The position numbers were made by a program, and so were the translations under genes. From Chlamydiia bacterium (GTDB lineage Bacteria; Chlamydiota; Chlamydiia; Chlamydiales; JBMOFD01): 14,421 nt of DNA. This document shows positions 1 through 7,182 of this stretch, piece by piece. Location of the stretch: contig JBMOFD010000050.1 of the NCBI GenBank assembly GCA_049314435.1, positions 1 through 14,421 of the forward strand. The letters run 5' to 3'. The notes under the pieces were generated by a model, which was not told the origin of the DNA, made no database searches, and saw only the letters and a list, made by a program, of their open reading frames with translations. Each line of letters opens with the position of its first letter. Within the stretch, counting starts at the first letter, position 1.

Positions 1-245
1 ATTCGAACCGTTTACTGAGGTGTAGAATGATGCACAATTCGTGTTATTGAACTAAATAAACCAATTTATTTCAACAAAAGGCATGGTATTAATTTATTTT
101 GCATACCACAGGCTATGGCCTGCACGACCCCGGGCCGCCCGTTCCTCCCTAGGATTCTTCCTCGTAGATTCCCGGTAAGTAAACTTTTTATAAATCTGAC
201 GCCCTGGCTTCTTCTTGTTGACTCCTAGTGTTGTTGACCTGGATC

Positions 246-254
246 TGGTATGAT
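246..254 (+). promoter_or_regulatory. Possible extended -10 promoter element (TGnTATGAT) upstream of map
   Basis: TGGTATGAT at 246-254 in an AT-rich non-coding stretch about 70 bp upstream of the likely map start. There is no good -35 at canonical spacing. Confidence 0.35.
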
Positions 255-323
255 ATCAGGTGATAAAAACTTGTGTTTACAAACAGAACCCCTTCTTTTT
301 TGGAGGGCTGGTTGGAGAATCTC

Positions 324-1223
324 GTGCTATCTGAATTGAGTCGCAATGACCCTTGTTGGTGTGGAAGCGGGCGGAAGTGGAAGCAATGCCACTGGCCGAA
401 TCGCAATCCCGTGAAGACGGCTGCCGTGACCGATGTGGCGGCCGTTGCGCGACGCCATGGCATCCGCCTTAAAACACCCGCTGAGATTGCGGGCATCCGC
501 AAGGCTAGCCAGGTAACGGCGCTTATTCTAGATGAGCTCTGTCGGGCAGCCAAAGCAGGCGTCACGACACGAGCCCTCGATGAGCTGGCGGCCGAGCTCC
601 ATCGGCGAGAGGGTGCGACAGCTGCCACGCTGGGCTACGGGGATCCGCCGTGGCCCGCACACATCTGTACCTCTGTGAATGAGGTGATCTGCCATGGCAT
701 CCCCGACGACCGCCCCCTTCGTGATGGAGACATCGTCAACATCGACGCCTCTGCCATCGTTGACGGCTTCTTCGGTGATGCGTCCCGCATGGTCTGCATA
801 GGCTCTGTGTCTCCTGAACGACAACGTGTCGTGGATGCCAGCTTGGAAAGCCTAGAGCGCGCCATTGCGGTCTGCCGCCCGGGGGCTCTGATCCACGAGA
901 TTGGCGACTGCATCGAGCAGGTAGCAGCCAAGCATCGCTGCTCTGTCGTGTATCAATTTGTGGGGCACGGCGTAGGGATCAAGTTCCATGAGCCACCTGA
1001 GATCCCGCACCACCACAACCGGAGCAAGATCCCTCTATTGCCTGGGATGACCTTCACCATAGAACCCATGATCAATGCCGGACGCCCAGAAGCGATTGTG
1101 GATGCAACCGATGGATGGACCGCGCGGACGATCGACGGCAAGCCCAGCGCACAGTGGGAACACACTCTTCTCATTACGGAGGATGGGTGTGAAGTTCTCA
1201 CACAACTGAGGAGGCCAGTATGA
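324..1223 (+). CDS. map: Type I methionine aminopeptidase with N-terminal SEC-C (zinc-binding) motif
   Basis: N-terminal RNDPCWCGSGRKWKQCH SEC-C motif. MetAP motifs CTSVNEVICHGIP, DIVNID, FFGD, GHGVG..FHE, TIEPM and SAQWEHT show all metal ligands present. Start placed at GTG 324 (GGAG at 314-317). TTG 336 or the ORF-track start at 273 are alternatives. Confidence 0.96.
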   Translation: MLSELSRNDPCWCGSGRKWKQCHWPNRNPVKTAAVTDVAAVARRHGIRLKTPAEIAGIRKASQVTALILDELCRAAKAGVTTRALDELAAELHRREGATAATLGYGDPPWPAHICTSVNEVICHGIPDDRPLRDGDIVNIDASAIVDGFFGDASRMVCIGSVSPERQRVVDASLESLERAIAVCRPGALIHEIGDCIEQVAAKHRCSVVYQFVGHGVGIKFHEPPEIPHHHNRSKIPLLPGMTFTIEPMINAGRPEAIVDATDGWTARTIDGKPSAQWEHTLLITEDGCEVLTQLRRPV

Positions 1224-1951
1224 CGACTTCCAGCATTGGCGCCTTTAGCCGGGTATCCCCGCCTGGGAACACACCCTCTCCACCACCGTCGCAGACGCTG
1301 CTGAGCCGCGCCTCCATTTCGTTCCAGGGATTGTCGGACTCGACGGTTCTCTACGCCGAGTCGCGCACCCAACCACACCTGCTGGAGAAGACCCCTCAGG
1401 AGCTATTTGAGGTCTTCCTCGAAGAATTGAAGGTGCCCGAGAATCCCAGGGGAACGTCATCAACAGGGCCCATCATACACCCAGGTCTCGCACCTATCCG
1501 CTCATTGCTCTGTCCAGAGGATCCTGAGAAGCGGCCCTTTCGGATTGCCCATCGGTTCATGACCGCCGTGGCAGTGGGCCTCCTGGTAGCAGCAGCGCTC
1601 GTATTCCTCGTCGGCGGCCCAGTTGTCGGTCCGTCGATCGCTTCCCATCTGTTCGGCCTCAGCATCTGTGCGGGGACCATTGCTGAGATCGCTCACCTCT
1701 CAGGCGTGCGGGTGCAGCGTGACACATACCGCTCTCGTCCACCGGCCGAGCCTCTTGCCCACGTTCAAGCCATCCACAAACTATCGATACATGCGCGGCC
1801 TACTTTAGCACTTCCCGTGGAGGGCCAGCCTCGGGCCAAGCCCGTTATAGGGGCAAAAATCGCCGGGCAGCCTCAGCGAAGCCCAGTTTACTTCTGCTCT
1901 TCGGGAGGGTCGATGAACTCCTCGATCAGCGAAGAATCTCTTCCAGGGTAG
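1220..1951 (+). CDS. Hypothetical membrane protein with bilobed hydrophobic segment (Inc-like candidate)
   Basis: 243-aa ORF whose ATG overlaps the map stop (ATGA). It has an S/P/T-rich N-terminus and a central hydrophobic stretch FMTAVAVGLLVAAALVFLVGGPVVGPSIASHLFGLSICAGTIAEIA. Confidence 0.65.
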   Translation: MTTSSIGAFSRVSPPGNTPSPPPSQTLLSRASISFQGLSDSTVLYAESRTQPHLLEKTPQELFEVFLEELKVPENPRGTSSTGPIIHPGLAPIRSLLCPEDPEKRPFRIAHRFMTAVAVGLLVAAALVFLVGGPVVGPSIASHLFGLSICAGTIAEIAHLSGVRVQRDTYRSRPPAEPLAHVQAIHKLSIHARPTLALPVEGQPRAKPVIGAKIAGQPQRSPVYFCSSGGSMNSSISEESLPG

Positions 1952-3530
1952 CAGAGTTTCCCTGCCACACTGCTTCAATCGCTTGGATGTGCTGCAAGAG
2001 TTGCTGCTCTGTTGGAGAAGGCTCTGGGTCGTTCGTTCTCTCTTGCAGTCCCCACAGCTCAGCTTCTAGCTGACGGCAGCGCTGCTGCTGGATCTCAGAC
2101 TTTTTCTTCTGAGTCTCGAACTGAACCCTCAGCTGCTTATGCAGGTGTTTGGTTTGTAGCAGCTGGCTCCACTCTTCCTGTTGCGCAGCCAATTGCGCAG
2201 ACAACCGCGTGATGACCTGCTCTTTCATCGACAGGGTTCGGTCGAGCATGCCGACCTTTTTAGGCGCCTCAGCCCAAATCGGATCGGCGAGCTGTCGCTG
2301 AGCGGCGAGTAGCTGCCGCTCAGCATTGTCCATCTGATGCCGGAGAGCACCCTGCTCTTGCTGGAGACGCTGTACCTCCTCTTGGAAGCCCTTGGCTTCT
2401 TCCAGCTCCTTCTGGAGACGCTGTACCTGCTCTTGGAAGACCTTGGCTTCTTCCAGCTCCTTATCAAGGCCCCGTAGACGCTCCTGCAGGAGCCTTTCTG
2501 CCTCGAGTCTCTGCTGCATTTGCTCTTGAAGAAGCTGACATTCCCGCACTTTCTGCTCACGATCAGCTGCCCAAGTCAGTGCCTCTTCACATTGCACATG
2601 CAGAGCTTGTACCTGCTCCTCAAAGCGCTCGCTTTCTGCTCGCCAGTGCAGACTCTGCTGCTGCAGTTCCTGCCTCTCCAGCTGCAGTCGATGAAGAAGT
2701 TCTTCCTGAGCGCCCACCTGGTGCAACCGCGCCTGGAGCTCTGCCTGTTGCTGCTGCTGCTCAAGAAGTCTTGTGAGGGCGGCCGAGAGCCTGCTCCTAC
2801 TCTGCACCAGCTCCTGCTCTTGTAGCTGATGAGTCTCTTGGAGGGCGTGGTGTTGACGTTCGATGCTCTGCAGGCGATCGAACTGCTCTTCACGTTCCAT
2901 CTGCCGGTCCATGGCACGACGTAAAGCCTCTCGCAGCTCCTCTGTCTCCAGCGCAAGCGGCTCCAACGTCATCAGTCGCTCTGTAAGAGCAAGCTGCTCC
3001 TGCTCTACCTGGTTCAGCTTCTCTTCTAACATCTGCTTCAGACTTGCGGCCTGCTGACATTCAGCGGAGACCTGCTCCAGCTGACTCTGACGAGCCGAGG
3101 CGACCTGCTGTTCCTGAACCAGCTGCTTTTTGAGGTTTTCCACCTCAATTTGGTCTACAGCGGGCTGCGCGGCAAACGGATTGGCCTCTCTCTGCTGGAC
3201 AGGTCTTCGCAATGCGCCCATAAGCCAGATATTCACCAGAGCGGCTAGCCAAGCTCCACGCACGACGAGGTCAGTCCGGACCCACTGAGGATCTGCCCAC
3301 ATCAGCGCACCCAACACAAGAAGACTCGCCGTAAAGCCCCACAAACGAGTCAGCCGAGAGGCAAACAGGCCCCCCGCGGCCAACCAAGCCAGCACTTGCA
3401 GCTGAGGCAGCTCGTAAGCCAATGCCCCTGCAATCCATGCTGTAAGTAGGGTTCCGACAAGAGCATCTTGCCCCCACTCTCCTCTGGACACAGGTGCATC
3501 GAGCGTCTGTGTTGGCATGGCTACTGTCAT
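1926..3530 (-). CDS. Membrane-anchored long coiled-coil protein (about 4 N-terminal TM helices plus ~400-aa Q/E/L-rich coiled coil)
   Basis: Long ORF with a hydrophobic N-terminal ~110 aa followed by heptad-like Q/E/L/R-rich sequence. The start is uncertain (ATG 3530 chosen; 3560, 3539 or 3518 possible). Confidence 0.8.
   Translation of the reverse strand: MTVAMPTQTLDAPVSRGEWGQDALVGTLLTAWIAGALAYELPQLQVLAWLAAGGLFASRLTRLWGFTASLLVLGALMWADPQWVRTDLVVRGAWLAALVNIWLMGALRRPVQQREANPFAAQPAVDQIEVENLKKQLVQEQQVASARQSQLEQVSAECQQAASLKQMLEEKLNQVEQEQLALTERLMTLEPLALETEELREALRRAMDRQMEREEQFDRLQSIERQHHALQETHQLQEQELVQSRSRLSAALTRLLEQQQQQAELQARLHQVGAQEELLHRLQLERQELQQQSLHWRAESERFEEQVQALHVQCEEALTWAADREQKVRECQLLQEQMQQRLEAERLLQERLRGLDKELEEAKVFQEQVQRLQKELEEAKGFQEEVQRLQQEQGALRHQMDNAERQLLAAQRQLADPIWAEAPKKVGMLDRTLSMKEQVITRLSAQLAAQQEEWSQLLQTKHLHKQLRVQFETQKKKSEIQQQRCRQLEAELWGLQERTNDPEPSPTEQQLLQHIQAIEAVWQGNSATLEEILR
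2361..2462. repeat. In-frame tandem duplication, 2 x 51 bp (17 aa)
   Basis: 2361-2411 and 2412-2462 match at 49/51 nt. They encode KELEEAKVFQEQVQRLQ / KELEEAKGFQEEVQRLQ. Confidence 0.95.
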
Positions 3531-3626
3531 CTTGGTCACACGACCGAGACCTCTCTCCAACCAGTGGGCTAGAGATGGGCCCCGTCCCTTAACTTCGTTT
3601 TACAAGGCCTGTCGGCCCCTCGAATT

Positions 3627-3645
3627 GAAGCATGCAGCATGCTTC
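3627..3645. other. Intergenic inverted repeat GAAGCATG-cag-CATGCTTC
   Basis: Perfect 8-bp arms between the dipeptidase stop and the coiled-coil gene start, with no U-tract. Could be an operator or a stem-loop. Confidence 0.4.
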
Positions 3646-3666
3646 GGTTCCTGACCAGTAGAGGCC

Positions 3667-5064
3667 TCATCGAGAGGCCACTCGGCGGATAGATTGGCGC
3701 TCGCCATATTGCTGTAAGACCCTTTGGATCAACACAACACCCCATGTCAGGCGATCGACATCGAAGTGCTCATTGGGCGCATGGATCTGATCTGTAGGCA
3801 GGCCCAATCCAATCGAGAGGACCCCAGCACCAGCCACACGAACCAGGTCCGCACACACTGGATAGCTTCCTCCCGTCATGGCCAACCCACAAGGCGCCCC
3901 AAAGACCTCCTCATAGGCGGCCCGAGCTGCCTCGGTGAGGACGCCCTCAGGATTCCCAACCAGAGGGTGCCCACCGTGACCCGGCTCCCAACGGAGCTTC
4001 ATGCCGGGTATGTGCATCGATTCAAACGTGTCCTTCAGGCGCTGAGCAATCCGACGAGGGTCCTGGCCTGCCACGAGCCGACAGGTGATCTTCGCTTCAG
4101 CAACGGCTGGAATCACGGTCTTATGACCGGGCCCAGAATGGCCTCCCGACAACCCATTGATCTCCAGAGTCGGTCTCAACCACACCCTCTCCCATGGAGG
4201 CAGGTCTTTCTCTCCACCATGAAACTCCAGCCCAAGGAGCTCCTCCAAGCCAGCCGTGGCAGCATGCGCATGGACCATGGCTTTCTGTTCATCAGACCAC
4301 TCCTCTACGTTGTCATAGAAGCCTGGAATGGTCACCCGACCCTTGTCATCCCATAGGGAACTGATGACCTCACAGAGCGCGCGAAGAGGGTTGTAGGCCA
4401 AACCACCCAGAGCTCCCGAGTGCATGTCGCTCTTAGAACCGGTCAGCGTCAGGGTCCCTGAGACGATCCCACGCGCCCGCACATCCACGGCAGGGTGCTT
4501 CAGATCGTGCACAGAACCATCGACGATCAAGCAGTCATCAGCCTGGATCAAGGGACCGAGGTCGGAGAGGACCGCGGCTAAGCCAGCACTCCCATGCTCC
4601 TCCTCACCTTCGATGATCCATTTGATGTTGCAGGGCAGATCTCCCTGCTGAAGCATGGTGCGCAGGGCTGCCAGAACGTAGGCCAATTGGCCCTTATTAT
4701 CCTGGGCTCCTCGTGCATAGACGACACCCTCACGAATCAGAGGATCAAAGGGAGGATGATCCCAGGCACTCAGCGGATCGACCGGCTGTACGTCGTAATG
4801 GTTGTAGATCAAGAGTGTAGGTAGCTTGGGATCTTGCTTCGACTGCGCTAAGAGCAGTGGTGCTCCAGGGGTCTCTATCCAGAGAACCTCAAGTCCAATT
4901 TGCTGGAGACGTGCTTCTAACCAACGGGCACACCGAATCAGATCTTCCGCTCGCTGCGGATCGGCGCTCACTGTAGGGAAACGCAGTAGCGTGAGGTAGT
5001 CCTCTAATAGGCGAGGATCTTGTCGTATCTCCTCTCGTAGTTCTGCAATCGATTGCTGCGTCAT
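3667..5064 (-). CDS. M20 family metallo-dipeptidase (CNDP2/Dug1-like; ArgE/DapE superfamily)
   Basis: Motifs LIYNHYDVQP, ARGAQDNKG, IEGEEEHGS, DMHSG, RPTLEING, KTVIP and IHAPNEHF. The start could also be 5079 or 5097. Confidence 0.92.
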   Translation of the reverse strand: MTQQSIAELREEIRQDPRLLEDYLTLLRFPTVSADPQRAEDLIRCARWLEARLQQIGLEVLWIETPGAPLLLAQSKQDPKLPTLLIYNHYDVQPVDPLSAWDHPPFDPLIREGVVYARGAQDNKGQLAYVLAALRTMLQQGDLPCNIKWIIEGEEEHGSAGLAAVLSDLGPLIQADDCLIVDGSVHDLKHPAVDVRARGIVSGTLTLTGSKSDMHSGALGGLAYNPLRALCEVISSLWDDKGRVTIPGFYDNVEEWSDEQKAMVHAHAATAGLEELLGLEFHGGEKDLPPWERVWLRPTLEINGLSGGHSGPGHKTVIPAVAEAKITCRLVAGQDPRRIAQRLKDTFESMHIPGMKLRWEPGHGGHPLVGNPEGVLTEAARAAYEEVFGAPCGLAMTGGSYPVCADLVRVAGAGVLSIGLGLPTDQIHAPNEHFDVDRLTWGVVLIQRVLQQYGERQSIRRVASR

Positions 5065-5129
5065 CTGCACACCGCCCATGGGAGAAGAGGCCGCCATTTC
5101 AGCACATTGACCCAGTGCGAGGCAAGGTC

Positions 5130-5342
5130 CTAGCTCTCGTTGGTCTCAAGCTCCTGCCTCAGGATGTCCTGGGCATTCTCTAACAGAAAACAGGCGAGGC
5201 CAGAGTCACCTTCGTAGAGCATCTCTACCGGCATCTGTCCCTCTTCACTTGGCTCGCCACAGGTGATCACCACTACACATGTGTGCTCCCCTTCGAGTAG
5301 CTGCTTCACTCGGCCACTGGCCGCTCGCTTCACAAATGTCAC
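5130..5342 (-). CDS. Small acidic hypothetical protein (~70 aa), resembling a conserved chlamydial hypothetical family
   Basis: GGAGG at 5347-5351 (minus strand) precedes GTG 5342. The sequence CVVVITCGEPSEEGQMPVEMLYEGD..LA.FLLENAQ resembles, from memory, a small Chlamydiae-conserved protein. Confidence 0.65.
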   Translation of the reverse strand: MTFVKRAASGRVKQLLEGEHTCVVVITCGEPSEEGQMPVEMLYEGDSGLACFLLENAQDILRQELETNES

Positions 5343-5516
5343 ATCGCCTCCGTTTGTTTTCCTTGTACTGAAGCTCACCAATAGCAGCAACCGCAGTTTG
5401 CCCCAAGCCACGCTCTCCATTCTCTATTCAATGAATTTATATATATTACTGAAACATAGAAGCGCCATCGAGCAAGTACTTGCAATCGTATTATTAACTT
5501 TGAATGGAGTTATTGT

Positions 5517-5546
5517 TTGAAGCAGTTGCCGCCAGCTTGATAGAAT
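5517..5546 (+). promoter_or_regulatory. Putative sigma70/sigma66 promoter for the beta-barrel gene
   Basis: TTGAAG (5517-5522), 18-nt spacer, TAGAAT (5541-5546) with a TGn extension, 35 nt upstream of ATG 5581. Confidence 0.45.
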
Positions 5547-5580
5547 ATTTCCGGAAACAACATCTATCGGAGTAAGCTTC

Positions 5581-6174
5581 ATGTTTTTCAAAAAATTGAC
5601 AGCCCCTACGGGTGTGCTCTGTGGACTGATGAGCCTATGTGCACCTGGTATGGCTAGCCAAACCACAGCTGCGGCTCTTGCTCCTCAGGTGTCTTCAGCT
5701 GAGCAAGTTCATCCTTCCTACAACCTCTATGGCGGATACTTTGAACTGGGAGCTTTGCCGTTCGGACTGGCCGCCTACGGTCGCTTTGGGTATGTCCTAG
5801 GTCAGCCTTCCTCTAGATGGCTGCTCGACTCCGGACTGAATCTCTCAATTGGAGCGATCTATACTGGCGCCAGCGTGTCGGTGAATCCTCGCTACATTTT
5901 TGAGAGCTGGACCTTAGGCCCTGAGGTCACCATTGGTTACAGCCATTTTCATGGCAACGTCGTGGGGATCGCCTACGGTTCAGTGGGTCTGCGTGGCACT
6001 TACCAGATCCAGCATCTCAACCGCCGCGACTCTGCGGTGACATTTGGGGTCTACGTAATGCCCTCATCTCGTGCCTATGTCTACCAGCACAATGTATGGC
6101 TCAGCAACTCGGACTTTGACGATGATATCCGGTCCACGCCACTCCCCTACATCTCAGTAGGCTACATCTTCTAG
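5581..6174 (+). CDS. Putative small outer-membrane beta-barrel protein
   Basis: Signal-peptide-like N-terminus, about 8 amphipathic G/Y/aromatic-rich strands, and a C-terminal beta-signal-like YISVGYIF ending in Phe. Confidence 0.75.
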   Translation: MFFKKLTAPTGVLCGLMSLCAPGMASQTTAAALAPQVSSAEQVHPSYNLYGGYFELGALPFGLAAYGRFGYVLGQPSSRWLLDSGLNLSIGAIYTGASVSVNPRYIFESWTLGPEVTIGYSHFHGNVVGIAYGSVGLRGTYQIQHLNRRDSAVTFGVYVMPSSRAYVYQHNVWLSNSDFDDDIRSTPLPYISVGYIF

Positions 6175-6181
6175 GAAGCTC

Positions 6182-6225
6182 TCCCAGAGTGACATTTTTT
6201 TATTTAACTGGCGCTCTGGGATTTT
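6182..6225 (+). terminator. Possible terminator of the beta-barrel gene (large loop)
   Basis: TCCCAGAGTG (6182-6191) pairs with CGCTCTGGGA (6212-6221), followed by TTTT. The 20-nt AT-rich loop is atypical. Confidence 0.4.
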
Positions 6226-6235
6226 CCCACCCGAA

Positions 6236-6324
6236 GATGCATCGATTGTTCTTCTATGATTCAATCCTGGTACGAACCTGGAGTGAGCCATGGCCGATCA
6301 TCTTTGCGGTCGCGAGGCGGCTGA
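6236..6324 (+). repeat. 89-bp direct repeat, copy 1
   Basis: Matches 6786-6874 at 85/89 nt, with an identical 67-bp core (6252-6318 = 6802-6868). Confidence 0.97.
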
Positions 6325-6331
6325 GTGCTAG
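6290..6331 (+). pseudogene. Truncated duplicate of the 5' end of the 6840-7067 ORF (MADHLCGREAAEC*)
   Basis: Same GGAG RBS, ATG and first 12 codons as 6840-7067, then diverges and stops at TAG 6329-6331. Confidence 0.6.
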
Positions 6332-6374
6332 TTTCCGCGCGTGGCGTCGACCGGAAATTCCCCGGCCTAGCGAA

Positions 6375-6626
6375 CTAGGGCGAGGGAAGAAGGTTCTTTG
6401 CCGGCACTGAAAGGAGAGATCGGGCCACAATCAAGCCTGCGAGCGCAGACAGGGCCGCCAGAGCAAAGAACCCTCCTTGTGTGAGAGCTCCTAGGAGATA
6501 GGCTACGCCCAACGCCGCCGCGGACAGCAAAACTACACCGCCGATGACCGTTACGGCTGCCTCCACAGCACTGGCGACCACTATACCAAGTCCGGCCGCC
6601 AGCACACCACCTAAAAAATCGCTCAT
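6375..6626 (-). CDS. Very hydrophobic 83-aa Gly/Ala/Leu/Val-rich small membrane protein
   Basis: ATG preceded by a purine-rich AGAGAGAGGA RBS-like tract and an AT-rich upstream region. It has about 3 hydrophobic segments and only 4 charged residues (D3, E22, R69, K77). Confidence 0.65.
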   Translation of the reverse strand: MSDFLGGVLAAGLGIVVASAVEAAVTVIGGVVLLSAAALGVAYLLGALTQGGFFALAALSALAGLIVARSLLSVPAKNLLPSP

Positions 6627-6785
6627 ACAAACAGATCCTCTCTCTCTTTTTCAAAAACATTGTGAATAGAATAGTATGACAGATATCAAATACTCGCACA
6701 CTATAATAGACGTCTATAGCATCACAGATCCGAGTTCGCGTTCTAGCATAGCTCACACAACTTCTGGGCCATTCCTCCTGCACCG

Positions 6786-6874
6786 GATGCATCGATTGCC
6801 TTTCTATGATTCAATCCTGGTACGAACCTGGAGTGAGCCATGGCCGATCATCTTTGCGGTCGCGAGGCAGCTGA
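6786..6874 (+). repeat. 89-bp direct repeat, copy 2
   Basis: Offset by exactly 550 bp from copy 1. Contains TATGAT (6805-6810), GGAG (6830-6833) and the ATG at 6840. Confidence 0.97.
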
Positions 6875-7067
6875 ACGCATCGCCGAGCGCGGAAAAACCC
6901 TCGACTACGAACAAGAAGCTCTGAATAGCATCAAGAGATCCTGGGAAGTCGATAGTCCCTCATGCGCCTCCTTGGCATTGGCTGATGCACAGGTGTGGGC
7001 TACGCTGCATCTGGCTCGAGTGACCCGCCAGAATCAGGAGCGCACCCAAAAACCACCGGCTTGGTAG
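6840..7067 (+). CDS. Small hypothetical protein (75 aa)
   Basis: GGAG 6 nt before the ATG and a -10-like TATGAT upstream. It fills the gap before htpX. No family recognised. Confidence 0.55.
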   Translation: MADHLCGREAAERIAERGKTLDYEQEALNSIKRSWEVDSPSCASLALADAQVWATLHLARVTRQNQERTQKPPAW

Positions 7068-7182
7068 AGGCAGCTGATTCTGAACTGGTACCGACTAGGC
7101 ATGCGGCCCTATCTTGAGGCTCTGTGTTACAGAAAGGTCACCTAGTGGCATGCTAATAGGTAGCATCATCCTGGAGGCCCGC

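Noticed and set aside
3724..4356. 210-aa plus-strand ORF and similar long antisense ORFs (e.g. 10260-10862, 188-628)
   Set aside because: These are shadow frames opposite well-supported genes in GC-rich DNA, with no recognisable motifs.
5421..5520. dif site or replication origin in the AT-rich stretch (also considered for 1-270)
   Set aside because: I found no convincing XerC/XerD arms or DnaA boxes. The short ORFs here (5263-5520, 5424-5666) look spurious.
6236..6874. Direct repeats read as a CRISPR array or IS ends
   Set aside because: There are only two copies, each 89 bp long and separated by 461 bp. There are no cas or transposase genes and no terminal inverted repeats.
6189..6924. ORFs 6189-6410 and 6676-6924 sharing YDSILVRTWSEPWPIIFAVAR
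   Set aside because: The shared peptide is simply another reading frame of the DNA repeat. The RBS and ATG favour the 6840 frame.
7068..7182. CIRCE/HrcA operator upstream of htpX
   Set aside because: No TTAGCACTC-N9-GAGTGCTAA match. Only a short ATGCTA/TAGCAT inverted repeat of unclear meaning is present.
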